From NCBI GenBank assembly GCA_918797485.1, contig CAKKNE010000003.1:3844001-3908000 (forward strand): a DNA stretch of 64,000 bases, written 5' to 3'. The notes beneath the pieces were generated by a model. That model saw nothing but the letters and a program-made list of their open reading frames with translations. It had not been told where the DNA came from and did no database searches. This document shows positions 44,476 to 55,041 of the stretch, piece after piece. Each line of letters opens with the position of its first letter. The stretch's first letter is position 1. This stretch comes from Pelagomonas calceolata (taxonomy: Eukaryota). Made by a program: the position numbers and the translations under genes.

Positions 44476-45810
44476 TTAGACGCCTAACTCCGACGACGAC
44501 GACTCGTCCAACAAATCCTCGGGGTGCGGCGCCGGACTGCTGAGCTCGTCCTGGTCGTTGTCGCGCCCTTTCCTTGGGGACGGCGCAAACCCATAAATCA
44601 GCAACGTGCTCGCGTCCTTCGCGCGGAGGCCGCGGTAGTAGCCCGCCGGGAGATACACAACGTCCCCCGCGTCCACATGAAAATCGACGCCGTGTTGCGC
44701 ACCGTCCAAAGGAGCGAGCGCGTCGGCGTCGCGCTCGACGTCGACTCTTAACAAATCGCCCGCCGATAAAGGCAGCTCCCGCGCCGACGACGGCGGCGCG
44801 CAGCGCAGCGCGAACGACCCGGCACAGCACACAACGATGACCTCCCGCAAATGTCGAGACGGCGGCGCCGCGCCGTCCGCGGGGTACAATTGTAACACCG
44901 TACTCGTGGGACTTCCGAGGTGGAAGTCCGGCGCCGTCCTACTTAAGGCAGAGGCGGCTTCGCCTAAAGCGTCACAGGACGCCGTTACAATGTGGCGGTC
45001 CCGATTAGATAAAGCCTCCTCGACGCGCATCGACCTTGAGGAAGGGGCGTAGAGCCGCCCGCCGTCTCTCAACTGAACACTGTGCTCCCGCACGTCGACG
45101 ATTGATGCGGGAGCCACTTTCCGCAGCGTCGCGTCGTCACCTAAGGCTCTCATAGCAGACCCGAAGGCGTCGTCGCGCCGCGCGCGCCCTCGCATCACGA
45201 ACGGGGCGTGGGTCTGGACCGCCTCGACGAGGCCCTCCGGTTCCGTACTACAATTCCAGAACCTCGGGGCCAGGCCGGCCGCGGCGCAGGCGGATAAAGA
45301 ACGGACCACGGACAGCTTCTCGCCGTTGCACACTAACGCGTGGAGTTCTCTGCGAGCACCCGCGGACGACGCGTTCCGTGCCACGGCACACTTGGCGGTT
45401 CTGTTCAGGAGAGGCAAATGGTCCTCGGCCAGCCCGCGGTGCGCCAACACGTCCCTCAAACACGCGTCGAAGGAAGCTCTTTCAGTAGGTAATAATGATC
45501 GAGCGAAGGAGGCCGTCCGCCGCCGCGATTTCTTTCGGAGTGGTGAATCGGTGGCGCGCTTCCTCCTCCCACTACCCGACGAGTCCGAGTCCAGGGAATC
45601 ACCTACTGACGTAGGAGAGCCTCTTCGGATGTCGTCCTCGCGGCGCACGTCCAGGGCGCGATGAATCTCGTCCGCCGTAGCTCTTAGGCGCGCGTCGCCC
45701 CTCAGCTGGGCCAGGTCCGCGTTCGCGTGGCCCGACGCCAGGATCGGCAGCTCCTGGAGGTCCGCGACCCGATACACGGCCGTGGGCCTTCTCAACACGT
45801 GAGTGGCCAT
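44476..45810 (-). CDS. Degenerate JmjC/cupin-like protein
   Basis: PFVMRG, VDAGDVVYLPAGYY; metal-binding His residues not evident. Confidence 0.55.
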   Translation of the reverse strand: MATHVLRRPTAVYRVADLQELPILASGHANADLAQLRGDARLRATADEIHRALDVRREDDIRRGSPTSVGDSLDSDSSGSGRRKRATDSPLRKKSRRRTASFARSLLPTERASFDACLRDVLAHRGLAEDHLPLLNRTAKCAVARNASSAGARRELHALVCNGEKLSVVRSLSACAAAGLAPRFWNCSTEPEGLVEAVQTHAPFVMRGRARRDDAFGSAMRALGDDATLRKVAPASIVDVREHSVQLRDGGRLYAPSSRSMRVEEALSNRDRHIVTASCDALGEAASALSRTAPDFHLGSPTSTVLQLYPADGAAPPSRHLREVIVVCCAGSFALRCAPPSSARELPLSAGDLLRVDVERDADALAPLDGAQHGVDFHVDAGDVVYLPAGYYRGLRAKDASTLLIYGFAPSPRKGRDNDQDELSSPAPHPEDLLDESSSSELGV

Positions 45811-46236
45811 GTCGCGCGTGGTTCGCCGAGCGGGGGTCGCTGCGCGCGTGCCGGGTGGGTTTGGCTTCTTCGCGGCCGGGAAGATTTTGCTGCCCGGCGA
45901 GCGCGCTGCCGCCGCGCGGGGGTGCCGGCGGGTGCGTAGCGTAGTAGGGACAACTGCCCCACCGAATTTGTGCTGCCTCGATCGCCGCGGACCGAGAGAG
46001 AGGGCAATGATACTCGGCGAAGCGAAGCAGAGCTGGTGGGCCTGCCTGAGAGATTTGAAGGGCGCGCGCCAAAAAAAAAGTTGAAGGCGCGCACGGCCGG
46101 CGAGGCGTGCCAGGTCTGCGGGGACGGCTGCGGCGCCGGCGGCGCGTGGGGTTGCCGCACATGGCACGTCGACGGCGCGCGTCGATGGGCGTTCGTCGAT
46201 GGCGTCGAGGAGCCCGGACGCCGTCGACGTTACACA

Positions 46237-47211
46237 CTACAGACTTACGCCCGACGACGACGCGCGCCGCCGCGGCCGGTAAAAAGCGAGCACGCACGGC
46301 CCCGTCCGCTCCCGCGCCTTCTTCACAAAGGCCACGCAGCGGTCGAAGCCGTGGCCGCGCAGGTCGTCGCCGTTCACGCTTACAAGCGTGTCGCCCTTGC
46401 GGACACCCAGGTCCGCGGCAGCACCGGCCACGGACGCCACGACGCAGGCCTCGTCGCCGTCGGAAGCCGTCTTCGCCGCGAGCTCGAGGCCCATGGGCCC
46501 CTCTTCAAACGTGCAGGCGATGCGCGTCGGGTCGCGTTCCTCTCTTTTTACAGGCTTCTCGAAGAACGACGTCCGCTCTTCGACAACGACCTCCCCGCGC
46601 CGCGCGCGCCGTTCTCGAAGGACGCGCCGGTGCGCGGCGAAGTCCGACGTGCGCCGTTGGGAGGCCCTATCAAGCGTCCGTCGTCGCTCTTCGTCGACGG
46701 ACTGGAGACGTTTTTGCCGCGCCTTGCCCTTTATTTCTAAAGTCTCGGCGCTCCGGCGGTCGCTCTTGGTATTCATCGCGAGCGTCTCGCCGACGGCCTT
46801 CTGCCAGGCGCGCTTGGCTGCTTTGGCCCTTCGCTCTCGCGCCGTGCGCTCGTCGTCCTCCGTCGGCGCTGCGTTCGACGCGGACGGGGCCCGCTCGGCC
46901 GCGAAGGCCCGCCTCCTTTCTGATGTTTCGAGGCGCTCGAAGGCCCAGCCGAGCGCCTGGAAGAGCTCCGTGGAATCCCATTTGTTTTTGTCGGGATGGA
47001 ACCGGAGGGCCCTCTTTTTGTAAGCCTTCTTGACGGCGGCGTCGTCCGCCTTTGTAGGGGAGAGCCCTAAGCAGGCGTAGGGGTCGGCGTCGAGCTGTTT
47101 TAGGAGTGATGTCGCGTCGGCGCCATCCTGCAGGCGCTTGGCCGCGGCGTCGAGGGGGTCTGCCTTCTTGCTCATGGCTTTCGGCTTCGGCAGCCTTATG
47201 GGCCGCGGCAT
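46237..47211 (-). CDS. DnaJ + PDZ domain protein (3' end possibly spliced)
   Basis: DPYACLGL...KKAYKKRALRFHPDKN; GPMGLEL...GVRKGDTLVSVNG. Confidence 0.8.
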   Translation of the reverse strand: MPRPIRLPKPKAMSKKADPLDAAAKRLQDGADATSLLKQLDADPYACLGLSPTKADDAAVKKAYKKRALRFHPDKNKWDSTELFQALGWAFERLETSERRRAFAAERAPSASNAAPTEDDERTARERRAKAAKRAWQKAVGETLAMNTKSDRRSAETLEIKGKARQKRLQSVDEERRRTLDRASQRRTSDFAAHRRVLRERRARRGEVVVEERTSFFEKPVKREERDPTRIACTFEEGPMGLELAAKTASDGDEACVVASVAGAAADLGVRKGDTLVSVNGDDLRGHGFDRCVAFVKKARERTGPCVLAFYRPRRRASSSGVSL

Positions 47212-47713
47212 GGCCTCTCAGCTATCCGAACAGCGTTGTTCTCTCGTCTAGCGCCACTCCTTGGGGCAGCAGGGGCTGCCCAGCTGGCTGTCCAGCTGCG
47301 CTCAGAGGCTGTCTGTGCGGCGTTTTGGAGCCGCAGGGCGATGATCCGATCGCTTGCGCCTTGTGGACGACGCGTGCGGCCGTGCGGTTGCGCGGACGCC
47401 GTGGGGCAGCTAGGAATGGGCAGCATCGAACGGCCGAGCCTCGGTCGAACCCGTACAGAATAGGCGCCGGCTGCGAGACTCCGGGACGTTTCCGCGTCCT
47501 CCCGGATACGTGGGACGCGCCTGGGATGCGGCTCGTTCGTCGTTCACTTTCAAAGTTCGGGCTGCCCGTCTGTGCTGCCAATCGAGAGGCGCCGCCTTTG
47601 TCGCGACAGCCACGGTCGCATCGCTGCGGGACTCGCCGTCGGCACCACGCCGCCAGCGCGCGAGGGCTGCCCGAGCCCTCTACGCCATCGACGCGGCGCC
47701 TGCTCGACAGCAG

Positions 47714-48529
47714 ATGGCAGCCTTAGCCGGCCGCGAGGACCCCCTGTCCTTCGAGGCCCTGGCCCAGCGCGCCGCGCGCGCCGCGAAAGGCTCCGACGAC
47801 CCGTTAATTGCCGAGCTCGGCGTGCTGGAAGAATTGCAGAGCCTGCGGCTGAAAGGCGCCTCGACACGGTTAGAAGAGGCCGAGAAGCGCAAGGCCAAAG
47901 GCAACGCCGCATTTCAACAGGGCGAGACCGACAAAGCCATGCGAGCTTATTTGGAGGCGTTGTGGCTCTTGCGACCATTACCGGCCTTCGACTCCATGCC
48001 GCCCTGCGACCGGAGCCTGCCGTGCGGCTCCGAGGCGGCCGCGTTTCTAGGGGAAAGAGCCGACGGTCTGAGTCCGAAGCACAAGCTGTTACGGGCATTG
48101 CACGGCAACGTCTGCGCCTGCGCGTTGAAGCGCGAGGACTGGGCGCTCGCTGTGTTAAGTGCGGAGCACGTCCTCACGGCAAAGACGTGCCCGACGAAGG
48201 AGTGGCGGCTGGCCGTGCGGCGGCGCGCGAAGGCCGTTAACGAAAGAGGTGTCGGTGAGGTGGAATGGACCCAGGCGGCACCACCCGTGCCCGCGCCGGT
48301 GGAACCGGCAAAAAGGTCGAAGCTGGCCACGGGCTTCTTCGCCTCCTCGAAGACGTCGAAGCTCGGCGAGACGCGGGAACCCACACCGAAAAGGAGGCCG
48401 CGGAACCCGGTGGAGGAGGAGGCGATGGAGCGCGACGAGGCCCTCCACGACTACGCGCGGCGCGTGGCTTCCGGCCACGCGTATAAACCGGGCGAGCATC
48501 CGGAGGACGGGAAGGACGTGGCGTTCTGA
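47714..48529 (+). CDS. TPR-containing protein (an upstream exon is possible)
   Basis: KAKGNAAFQQG...AMRAYLEAL; LHGNVCACALK. Confidence 0.7.
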   Translation: MAALAGREDPLSFEALAQRAARAAKGSDDPLIAELGVLEELQSLRLKGASTRLEEAEKRKAKGNAAFQQGETDKAMRAYLEALWLLRPLPAFDSMPPCDRSLPCGSEAAAFLGERADGLSPKHKLLRALHGNVCACALKREDWALAVLSAEHVLTAKTCPTKEWRLAVRRRAKAVNERGVGEVEWTQAAPPVPAPVEPAKRSKLATGFFASSKTSKLGETREPTPKRRPRNPVEEEAMERDEALHDYARRVASGHAYKPGEHPEDGKDVAF

Positions 48530-48615
48530 GTAAGTGTTTTTGTTTGCTAGTCGTCCGCGGCCGGTCTTAGGCGGTGCTGAGGCGCGCTGAAGCCCGTTCG
48601 CGCATCTCGATCACT

Positions 48616-48638
48616 GCTAGTGTCTTACGGCTGCTAGC
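48616..48638 (-). promoter_or_regulatory. CTAG-box motif copy
   Basis: Reverse complement GCTAGCAGCCGTAAGACACTAGC; upstream of SNF2. Confidence 0.65.
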
Positions 48639-48840
48639 TAACACGCAGATCGTCCCTCCTCTTGCACGCGGTTCCGCTGCTCACAGGAGTTGAGTTGAGC
48701 AACGCGCGTTACGCTACGCTGGTAGCACAGCGTCGTTGAGTCGCTGGCCGAAGGGCGTTTACATACGCGCGATTTTGAAGCAGTTACAAGCAGCAAGGTT
48801 GCAGGAGGGCTGTAAACGCAGCACGCGGACGCATTGAAAC

Positions 48841-51800
48841 ATGGACACGGCTGCGACTGAGCGCGAGCGGGCGCTGGAGCAGCGCGTGAAAGAGCTGGAG
48901 CGGGAAAACGCGTTACTGAAAACCACGCCGCCGGCGCTGTCCGCGCCGCCCGCGGCGCCGAAACCCAAAAGAAAGTGTATCCTGGACGACAGTGATTCGG
49001 ACTCCGACGGCGGCGAGGACGGCGGCGAGGCGGCCGTGCCGGTGACGCAGTCGCCGCGGCCGCGGAAGAAGCCCAAGAGCGACCCGCTCGCCGACGAGGA
49101 CACGTTCGAGTTCCCGTGCGGCGACTGGCAGCGCCTCACGCCCGCCGAATCCGACCGCTTCGTCCAGCGCCTGTTGAAGGAGCGGGGCTTCGGCTTCGAT
49201 CTGCTGCCGCACCAGTTCCTCGCCGCGAGGCGTGCGGCGGGCCTGCCGGACCGGTGGCCGACGGCGCTCGTCGACGGCCGCGTCGACGCGACGGTCGCCC
49301 AGGCGCCGCTCACGGAGAAGATTCATCCGGAGAAGCGGCACTTCATCCTAGCCGACGAGATGGGCCTCGGTAAGACGGTCGAGGCGCTCGCCGCCGCCGA
49401 GCTGCGGCGCGCCGTGCCCTGGGCCATCGGCTTCGGGGCGGCGCCGCGCGCGGTCGCCGTCGTCGCGCCGAACGCTGGCGTGCTGGACTGTGTGGAAATC
49501 AAAATTTTACGGCGCGTTCGCGTCGTCCTCGTGCACCCGTCGCACTGGTTGATTTCCACACAGGTGCTGGACCAGTGGGTCGCGCACATCGGCCGCGCCG
49601 GCGGAGACGTGTTCGTCTACGCGGGCGCCGCCCGCGAGAAGCTGGAGGCGCGGCTCGCCCTCTACGCGAAGCAGCCGGCCGAGCGCGCCAAGCGCGGCGA
49701 CCGGACGCTCTACGTCGTCATGGACCGCTACGGGCTCCAGACCGCGGTCAAGCACGCCGTGGACTTCTCGGCTCCGAAGGCCTGTGCCTTATTTCCCGAC
49801 GTGGCGACCGACGACCTCCTGCGCCTCGGGGTCCTGAAGATGGCGAAGCAGGACCCGCGCAAGTTCAAGGAGAAGCTCGACGCCGGCGACTTCGGCGCGC
49901 TGCCGCCCGGCCTCATCGACTCGGTGCAGCTCGAGAAGGGAGGCACCGACGATGAGTCGACGATGATCAGCGACATCGTGCAGCGGACGCGGCCCGCCGA
50001 GGACCGCGGGTACACCTTCGACCTCGCCATCGTCGACGAGGCGCACCTCCTCAAGAACGACGGGGCACTCTGGGGCATCGGCGCGGCGCTCGTCGGCCAC
50101 GCCTCGCGGCGCTTCCTCGCGGTCACGGGCACGCCCTTCAACAACAGCTACGGCGACATCGCGGCGCTGATCCGCTACGGCCAGGGCAACACGCACGCGT
50201 GGGGCCGCCTCGAGACGTGGCACGACGCTACCTGGGACAAGAAGAACGGTTGTCCCTACCCGAACGCGCAGATCGTCGCCAACACGCGCGAGTGGCGCGT
50301 GGACCACATCACGTGCCGGTCCAAGGCGGTCACGCTCCGGGGCCTCCCGCCCAAGACCGTGAAGTCCGAAGCCTTCGAGCTCATGAAGTCGATCGGCGAC
50401 GTCAAGATCGCCGACGCCGCGGCCGCGATCGCGGCGAACGTCAAGGTCCAGCCGCTCGAGTCGACGGCGTACCTCATCTACGAGCACAAGGCCTTCCGCT
50501 ACTACTGCGAGTTCGCGGCCGTGTGCATCGCGATGACCATGGGCCCGCGCACGCCGGCGCTCAAGGCGACTTGGCAGCGCCTGATGGTGCTCGCCTGCGG
50601 CAACATCACGTGCGCGAAGACCGCGCTCGTCCACCCCGTGTGTCCGCGCGAGGGCCGCTCCATCACGGCCGCTTTCGTGGGCCGGAAACACACGATGAAG
50701 GCGTGCGCGCTGTGCGGCGACATCTGCCAGACGGCCAAGGTCGCGGCCGACATGCTCTCGACGGTCATCAACCGTGGCGACTTTGTGGGAGATCCCGTCG
50801 GCGGCCCGCAGGAGGAGCTCTCGCAGGAGGAGCTCGTCGCGCGGCTCGCGGTCGACGACCTCGCGGGCGCCGACGACATCGCCGCCGTCGACGGCAAGAC
50901 GACGGCCGACGAGCACGAGAAGCCGACGGCCTACGACGACGACGACGAAAGAGACGGCCTCGTGACGCTGCCGAAGCCGTTCTGCTGCCTCGAGCACCGC
51001 GCGCACCGGCGCTGCTACCAGGCGCTCGAGCGCGCGGGCAAGCTCGGCATCGCCGACGCGTGCCCATTCTGCGACGACCTGTGTGGAAATCAAAATTTGG
51101 GCGCCCCACATCTCAGGATAACCTAGCTCACTGATTGATTCCACACAGGCGACGACCTGAAGAAGCGCCTGAAGATGGGCGCGGAGCCGGCCGGCGTCGC
51201 GGCGCCGCGGCTCTACTGCAAGGACGTCGCGTTCGGAGGCTTCGCGCCGACGACGAAGATGCTGCGCGCCTTCGCCGCGGTCGAGGAGGCCTGCGGCAAG
51301 AAGGGCGACAAGATGATTATCTTCGGCGGCAACAAGGCCTCCCTGGACCTGATCGAGGCCGCGCTGATCCACGAGCCCGAGTTCGAGGCCATCGGCTGCT
51401 TCCGCTACGACGGAGACATCTCGCAAGAATGCCGGAACCGCGCGCTGCGCCGGTTCAAGGCGGCGCCGCGCGGCGCGGTGCTCCTCACGACCGTCCAGAC
51501 GTCGGGCGTCGGTCTCAATATAACGGAAGCGAACCACGTCCTGTTCCTGGACCGGTGGTTTAATCCGACGACCCACGACCAGGCCATGGACCGCACGCAC
51601 CGCTACGGCCAGAAGAAGCCCGTCGAGGTGACGTTTCTGGATTGCGAGGACTCGGTCGACAAGGTCATGCGCATCATCGACGAGTACAAGTCGCAGAACG
51701 CCAAGGTCGCGACGGCGAACGAGGGCGACCTGCCGGGCCTCGCGGCGAAGAAGGTCTCGTGGAAGATGCTCTGCGGCGTCGTCAAGGACACGTTCAAGGA

Positions 51801-52263
51801 GATCTTCGACGCGCGCGCCGAGAAGATGGGCATCACGCGGCTGCTCGCCACGACCTACGACAACGCCGGCGCCGGCCACGGCGGCGGGCCGGTGCCCTTC
51901 GACTACGGCGCCGCCGTCGGCGACCCCTGGGCGCCCCCCCTCGCCCGGCGCGCCGTCCCAGTCGACTGGAAGCCGGCCAAGCGCGAGCCCAAGGCCAAGG
52001 CGCGCGACGACGTCGTCATGATCACGCCGCCGCGCGCGGCCGCGCCGGCCGTCATCGACCTGCGCGGCGACTCGGACGTCGAGATGATTGCTGCGCCGGC
52101 GCCGGCGCCGCAGGCGCCGATCGAGATCGACTCGGACGAGGGGCCGTCGCCCATCGCCGTCGACGCCGACGGCGCGCCGTGGACGTGTGCGCGCTGCACG
52201 TACGCCGAGAACCGGCCGTGCTTCCTCTGCTGCGAGATGTGCGGCGGGGAACGCGCCTCCTGA
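48841..52263 (+). CDS. SNF2-family ATPase with RING-like insert (Rad5/Rad16-like) and C-terminal RanBP2 zinc finger; exons 48841-49479, 49564-51070, 51149-52263
   Basis: LADEMGLGKT, DEAH, TGTPFNN, GVGLNIT, QAMDRTHRYGQ, WTCARCTYAEN..C..C. Confidence 0.9.
49488..49563 (-). mobile_element. TIR introner, inverted relative to host transcript; intron 49480-49563 (+)
   Basis: Perfect TIRs; TSD GTGCTGGA; subterminal blocks in reverse order versus the 43586 copy. Confidence 0.95.
51079..51148 (-). mobile_element. TIR introner, inverted; GC-AG intron 51071-51148 (+)
   Basis: TIRs with a 1-nt deletion on the right; TSD GCGACGAC; removal eliminates the stop at 51126. Confidence 0.9.
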
Positions 52264-52314
52264 GCCCATGTCCTGTGTAAAGATACAATCATGAACTTAT
52301 ACACATACACGCGC

Positions 52315-53223
52315 TCACCCGAAGGGTCCGCGGCGACGTTTGAAGCCGCCGCCGCCGCCCCCACCGAAGCGTCCGCCGAAACGCCTCATGAACGCGGCGA
52401 AGTCCGGGCCGTCCGGCCGCTCTTTCACGTTGTCATAGAATACGTGATGTGACGGTGTGCATCCGCACTTCGCGTCTTTAGCTCCGCATTGATAACAGAA
52501 CTGGTAGCCGCAGCGACATTTCATTTTATCGCAACCGCTCGCTTTGACGACGCCCGCGCCGCACCGCTCGCACCGCCGCACGCCCGCGTCCCTCAGATAC
52601 TGTCGCGACGCCTCGTCCATGTCTCCGCGCGTATCGCAGGGCCCCGAGTGCCACGGCTTGCCGCAGGCGAGACAACTCACCAACCCGCAGCGTCCGCAAT
52701 TTAATCTAGGTGGGCCGTCGGCCGGCGTCCACGACACGACGAAGCCGCAGTCGGGCGCCGGGCACCGGTAGAGATCCGGCACCGCGTCGACCGCTTTGTC
52801 GAGTGAGAGGCGCGCCGCTCGGTCCGCCGCGCGCGGGCCCGCTATCGCGCGGATGTCGACTAACGCTAGTGGTGTGCGGCACCCGCTCTCGGGACACAAA
52901 CAACCGTCGCGGTCGGAGGCATCGACTAACCTCTTGGCGCATTCCCGGTGCACCTCGTGACCGCACGCCCTCAGCTTGACGCCGTCCGCCGCGTCGACGT
53001 CGCACAAACATATAGCACAGGTGCCGCCGCCGCGCGCCGCCTCGACGTCGTCGGTGCGTCGGCGTTTCGCGCGGGTGTCGTCGTCCTCCGAGTCCGACGA
53101 GGCGAGTTCTAGAGGCGCGTCGGCCTTGCCCGTGCCGGCCACGATGCGCGGCGAGTCGTCGGGCGAGACCTGGGCCGGCTCCTCGACGGCGTCGACGTCG
53201 ATGGCGGACGACAGGGACGCCAT
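52315..53223 (-). CDS. RBR (RING-IBR-RING) E3 ubiquitin ligase
   Basis: CAIC..CGHEVHREC..CP; CPAPDC..CGRC..CLAC..WH; CERC..KASGCDKMKCRCGYQFCYQC. Confidence 0.9.
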   Translation of the reverse strand: MASLSSAIDVDAVEEPAQVSPDDSPRIVAGTGKADAPLELASSDSEDDDTRAKRRRTDDVEAARGGGTCAICLCDVDAADGVKLRACGHEVHRECAKRLVDASDRDGCLCPESGCRTPLALVDIRAIAGPRAADRAARLSLDKAVDAVPDLYRCPAPDCGFVVSWTPADGPPRLNCGRCGLVSCLACGKPWHSGPCDTRGDMDEASRQYLRDAGVRRCERCGAGVVKASGCDKMKCRCGYQFCYQCGAKDAKCGCTPSHHVFYDNVKERPDGPDFAAFMRRFGGRFGGGGGGGFKRRRGPFG

Positions 53224-53489
53224 AGCTCGCCGCGCGCGATCTTACGCGGCAGTACGGTGCTGCGGCAGTCTTTGCCAAACGTCTTGTCCACTGATGCCCG
53301 CGCTGGGGGCCAAAATGGGCTGTGGACAAAGGAATGCTCTGCGAGCTATTTAAGCCTACGCAGCCAATAGCCGTGCGATTTGAAGCCTTGATGGGCTGGT
53401 GCACTCTATGAAGAGTGTGTAGCTCGGATTTGAGACGCAGCCACGCCGTCGGGGCCGAGATAAAGCTGTCCACAGAGGGCTATCGTGGT

Positions 53490-53512
53490 CTAGCGGCCTG
53501 TAACACACTAGC
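53490..53512 (+). promoter_or_regulatory. CTAG-box motif copy
   Basis: CTAGCGGCCTGTAACACACTAGC; upstream of the RBR ligase. Confidence 0.7.
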
Positions 53513-53532
53513 AGCAAATTTAGAACAGTATA

Positions 53533-55041
53533 CTAAAGCTCCCGCCCCCGCGAGAACAGGTCCTCCTCCGACGGCTTCGATGATGATCGCCCCCACCGCC
53601 CACGGTTGGGACATTGCCGCGGGCACCGCGCCTTGTCCGCGGACGTGCGACAAGGTGACCGTCTACAGGACACGTGGCCGTCCAACACTGAAGAAGGAGC
53701 ATTTGCCGTCACCGTAACATCCCTCTCAGAAGTCACGACGTGGCTCTTGACGATAATACCTTCCGGTAGGGCCACGCGGTCGCCGGACGCTCTATCCCTG
53801 TCGTCTATCCTTTCATGAGCCGTCGCGAGACAAAAAGAAAACCGATGCGTCGGGAACGTTCCCGACCGAAATTCAGCACCGGGCCTCAACTTCGCGATGA
53901 CCTTGCCGTAGCCGTCGTCGTGCGGGTCGTGCCTGTGTCGGAATCAAAGTTCTCACGTCGACGCGACGCCTGGTTGATTTCCACACCGAGCCCTGCCAGT
54001 ACAACACGACGTCCGCCTTCACACTATTACGAAACGTGACGTCGACCTTCAGTTGGGACGTGGCCCAGGTCTCGAAGGCGTTGGACGATCGTCTCCGGAA
54101 GAAGTGAGTAACAACGTCCCTCGCGCGTAACGAAGCCCCGCGTTTGATGGACACGAACGTCGGACATTGGTTTTGGTCAGTAGCAGCACCGTCCGCGCCC
54201 AGCTTCTTCGCGAGCTTCAGCGCGTCGTCAGAAGAAGGCTTGTTCGGACTGATATCAGTTTTGAAATAGCGCACGTGCGCGTCCCACCTTCTATCGCCGT
54301 GTTTAGAATCATCCAGATCGACGAGCGGGTAGGGGAAGCGGAGCTCCCGATCCAGTCGATCCTCACAACTTCCACTCGTGTAGAAGGCGTGGAACACATG
54401 CTTGGAAGCTGTTCCCGTATCAGGATTAAGGGCAGCTTTTCGTAACCGTGACAAGGACGAGATCCTTCCAACTAATCTCTGAGCCTTGACGACTTGGGGA
54501 GGTAAAGGCGGCGGCTGCCGCGGCGGTGGCGGCCGTCGCCGCGGTGGCGCGCGCGGCCTCTGACCGAAGCCGGACGACTGGAAGTTGAAATTGAAGCCCG
54601 ACCTGTGAGGAAATCAAAATTTCACGGCACCTTCGTGCTGAATCCTCGCGTCGACCTCCACGCCATCGACGTGTTGCCGGATGATTTCCACACCGAGCCC
54701 GACCCGCCAAACCCGCCCCCGCCGAAGCCACCGGGCTGCGGCCTTCTTTGAGGCTTGCCGAAGGTCTGGTCGTACTGGCGCCGCTTCGTCGGATCAGACA
54801 ACACATCATGGGCCTCCGCAACTAGTGCAAATTTCTTGGCGGCTTTTTCATCCCCCGGATTCTTGTCGGGGTGGTACTTTTTGGCCGCGTTGCGGTACGC
54901 GGTCTTCAGCTCCTTCTCGGAGAAGCCCTTTTTCAATTTCAAAAGTTTGTAGTAGTCGGTCTTCGTGTCGCCGGGGTGCTTCGGGTTGCTGCTCGCGGTT
55001 TGTAGTGCTGCGAGCAGTAGTGCTGCGGCGAGGGCGCGCAT
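53533..55041 (-). CDS. ER-type DnaJ protein with VHL-beta-like domain; exons 55041-54704, 54602-53997, 53932-53533
   Basis: Signal peptide, DYYKLL..HPDKN, G/F region, FRNS..VVLYW..LRPG..TFPTHRF, C-terminal GREL. Confidence 0.8.
53933..53988 (-). mobile_element. Degenerate TIR introner; GC-AG intron 53996-53933
   Basis: CGGTGTGGAAATCAA ... TTGATTCCGACACAG; TSD matches 5/8. Confidence 0.8.
54603..54695 (-). mobile_element. TIR introner; intron 54703-54603
   Basis: CGGTGTGGAAATCA ... TTGATTTCCTCACAG; TSD GTCGGGCT. Confidence 0.9.
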
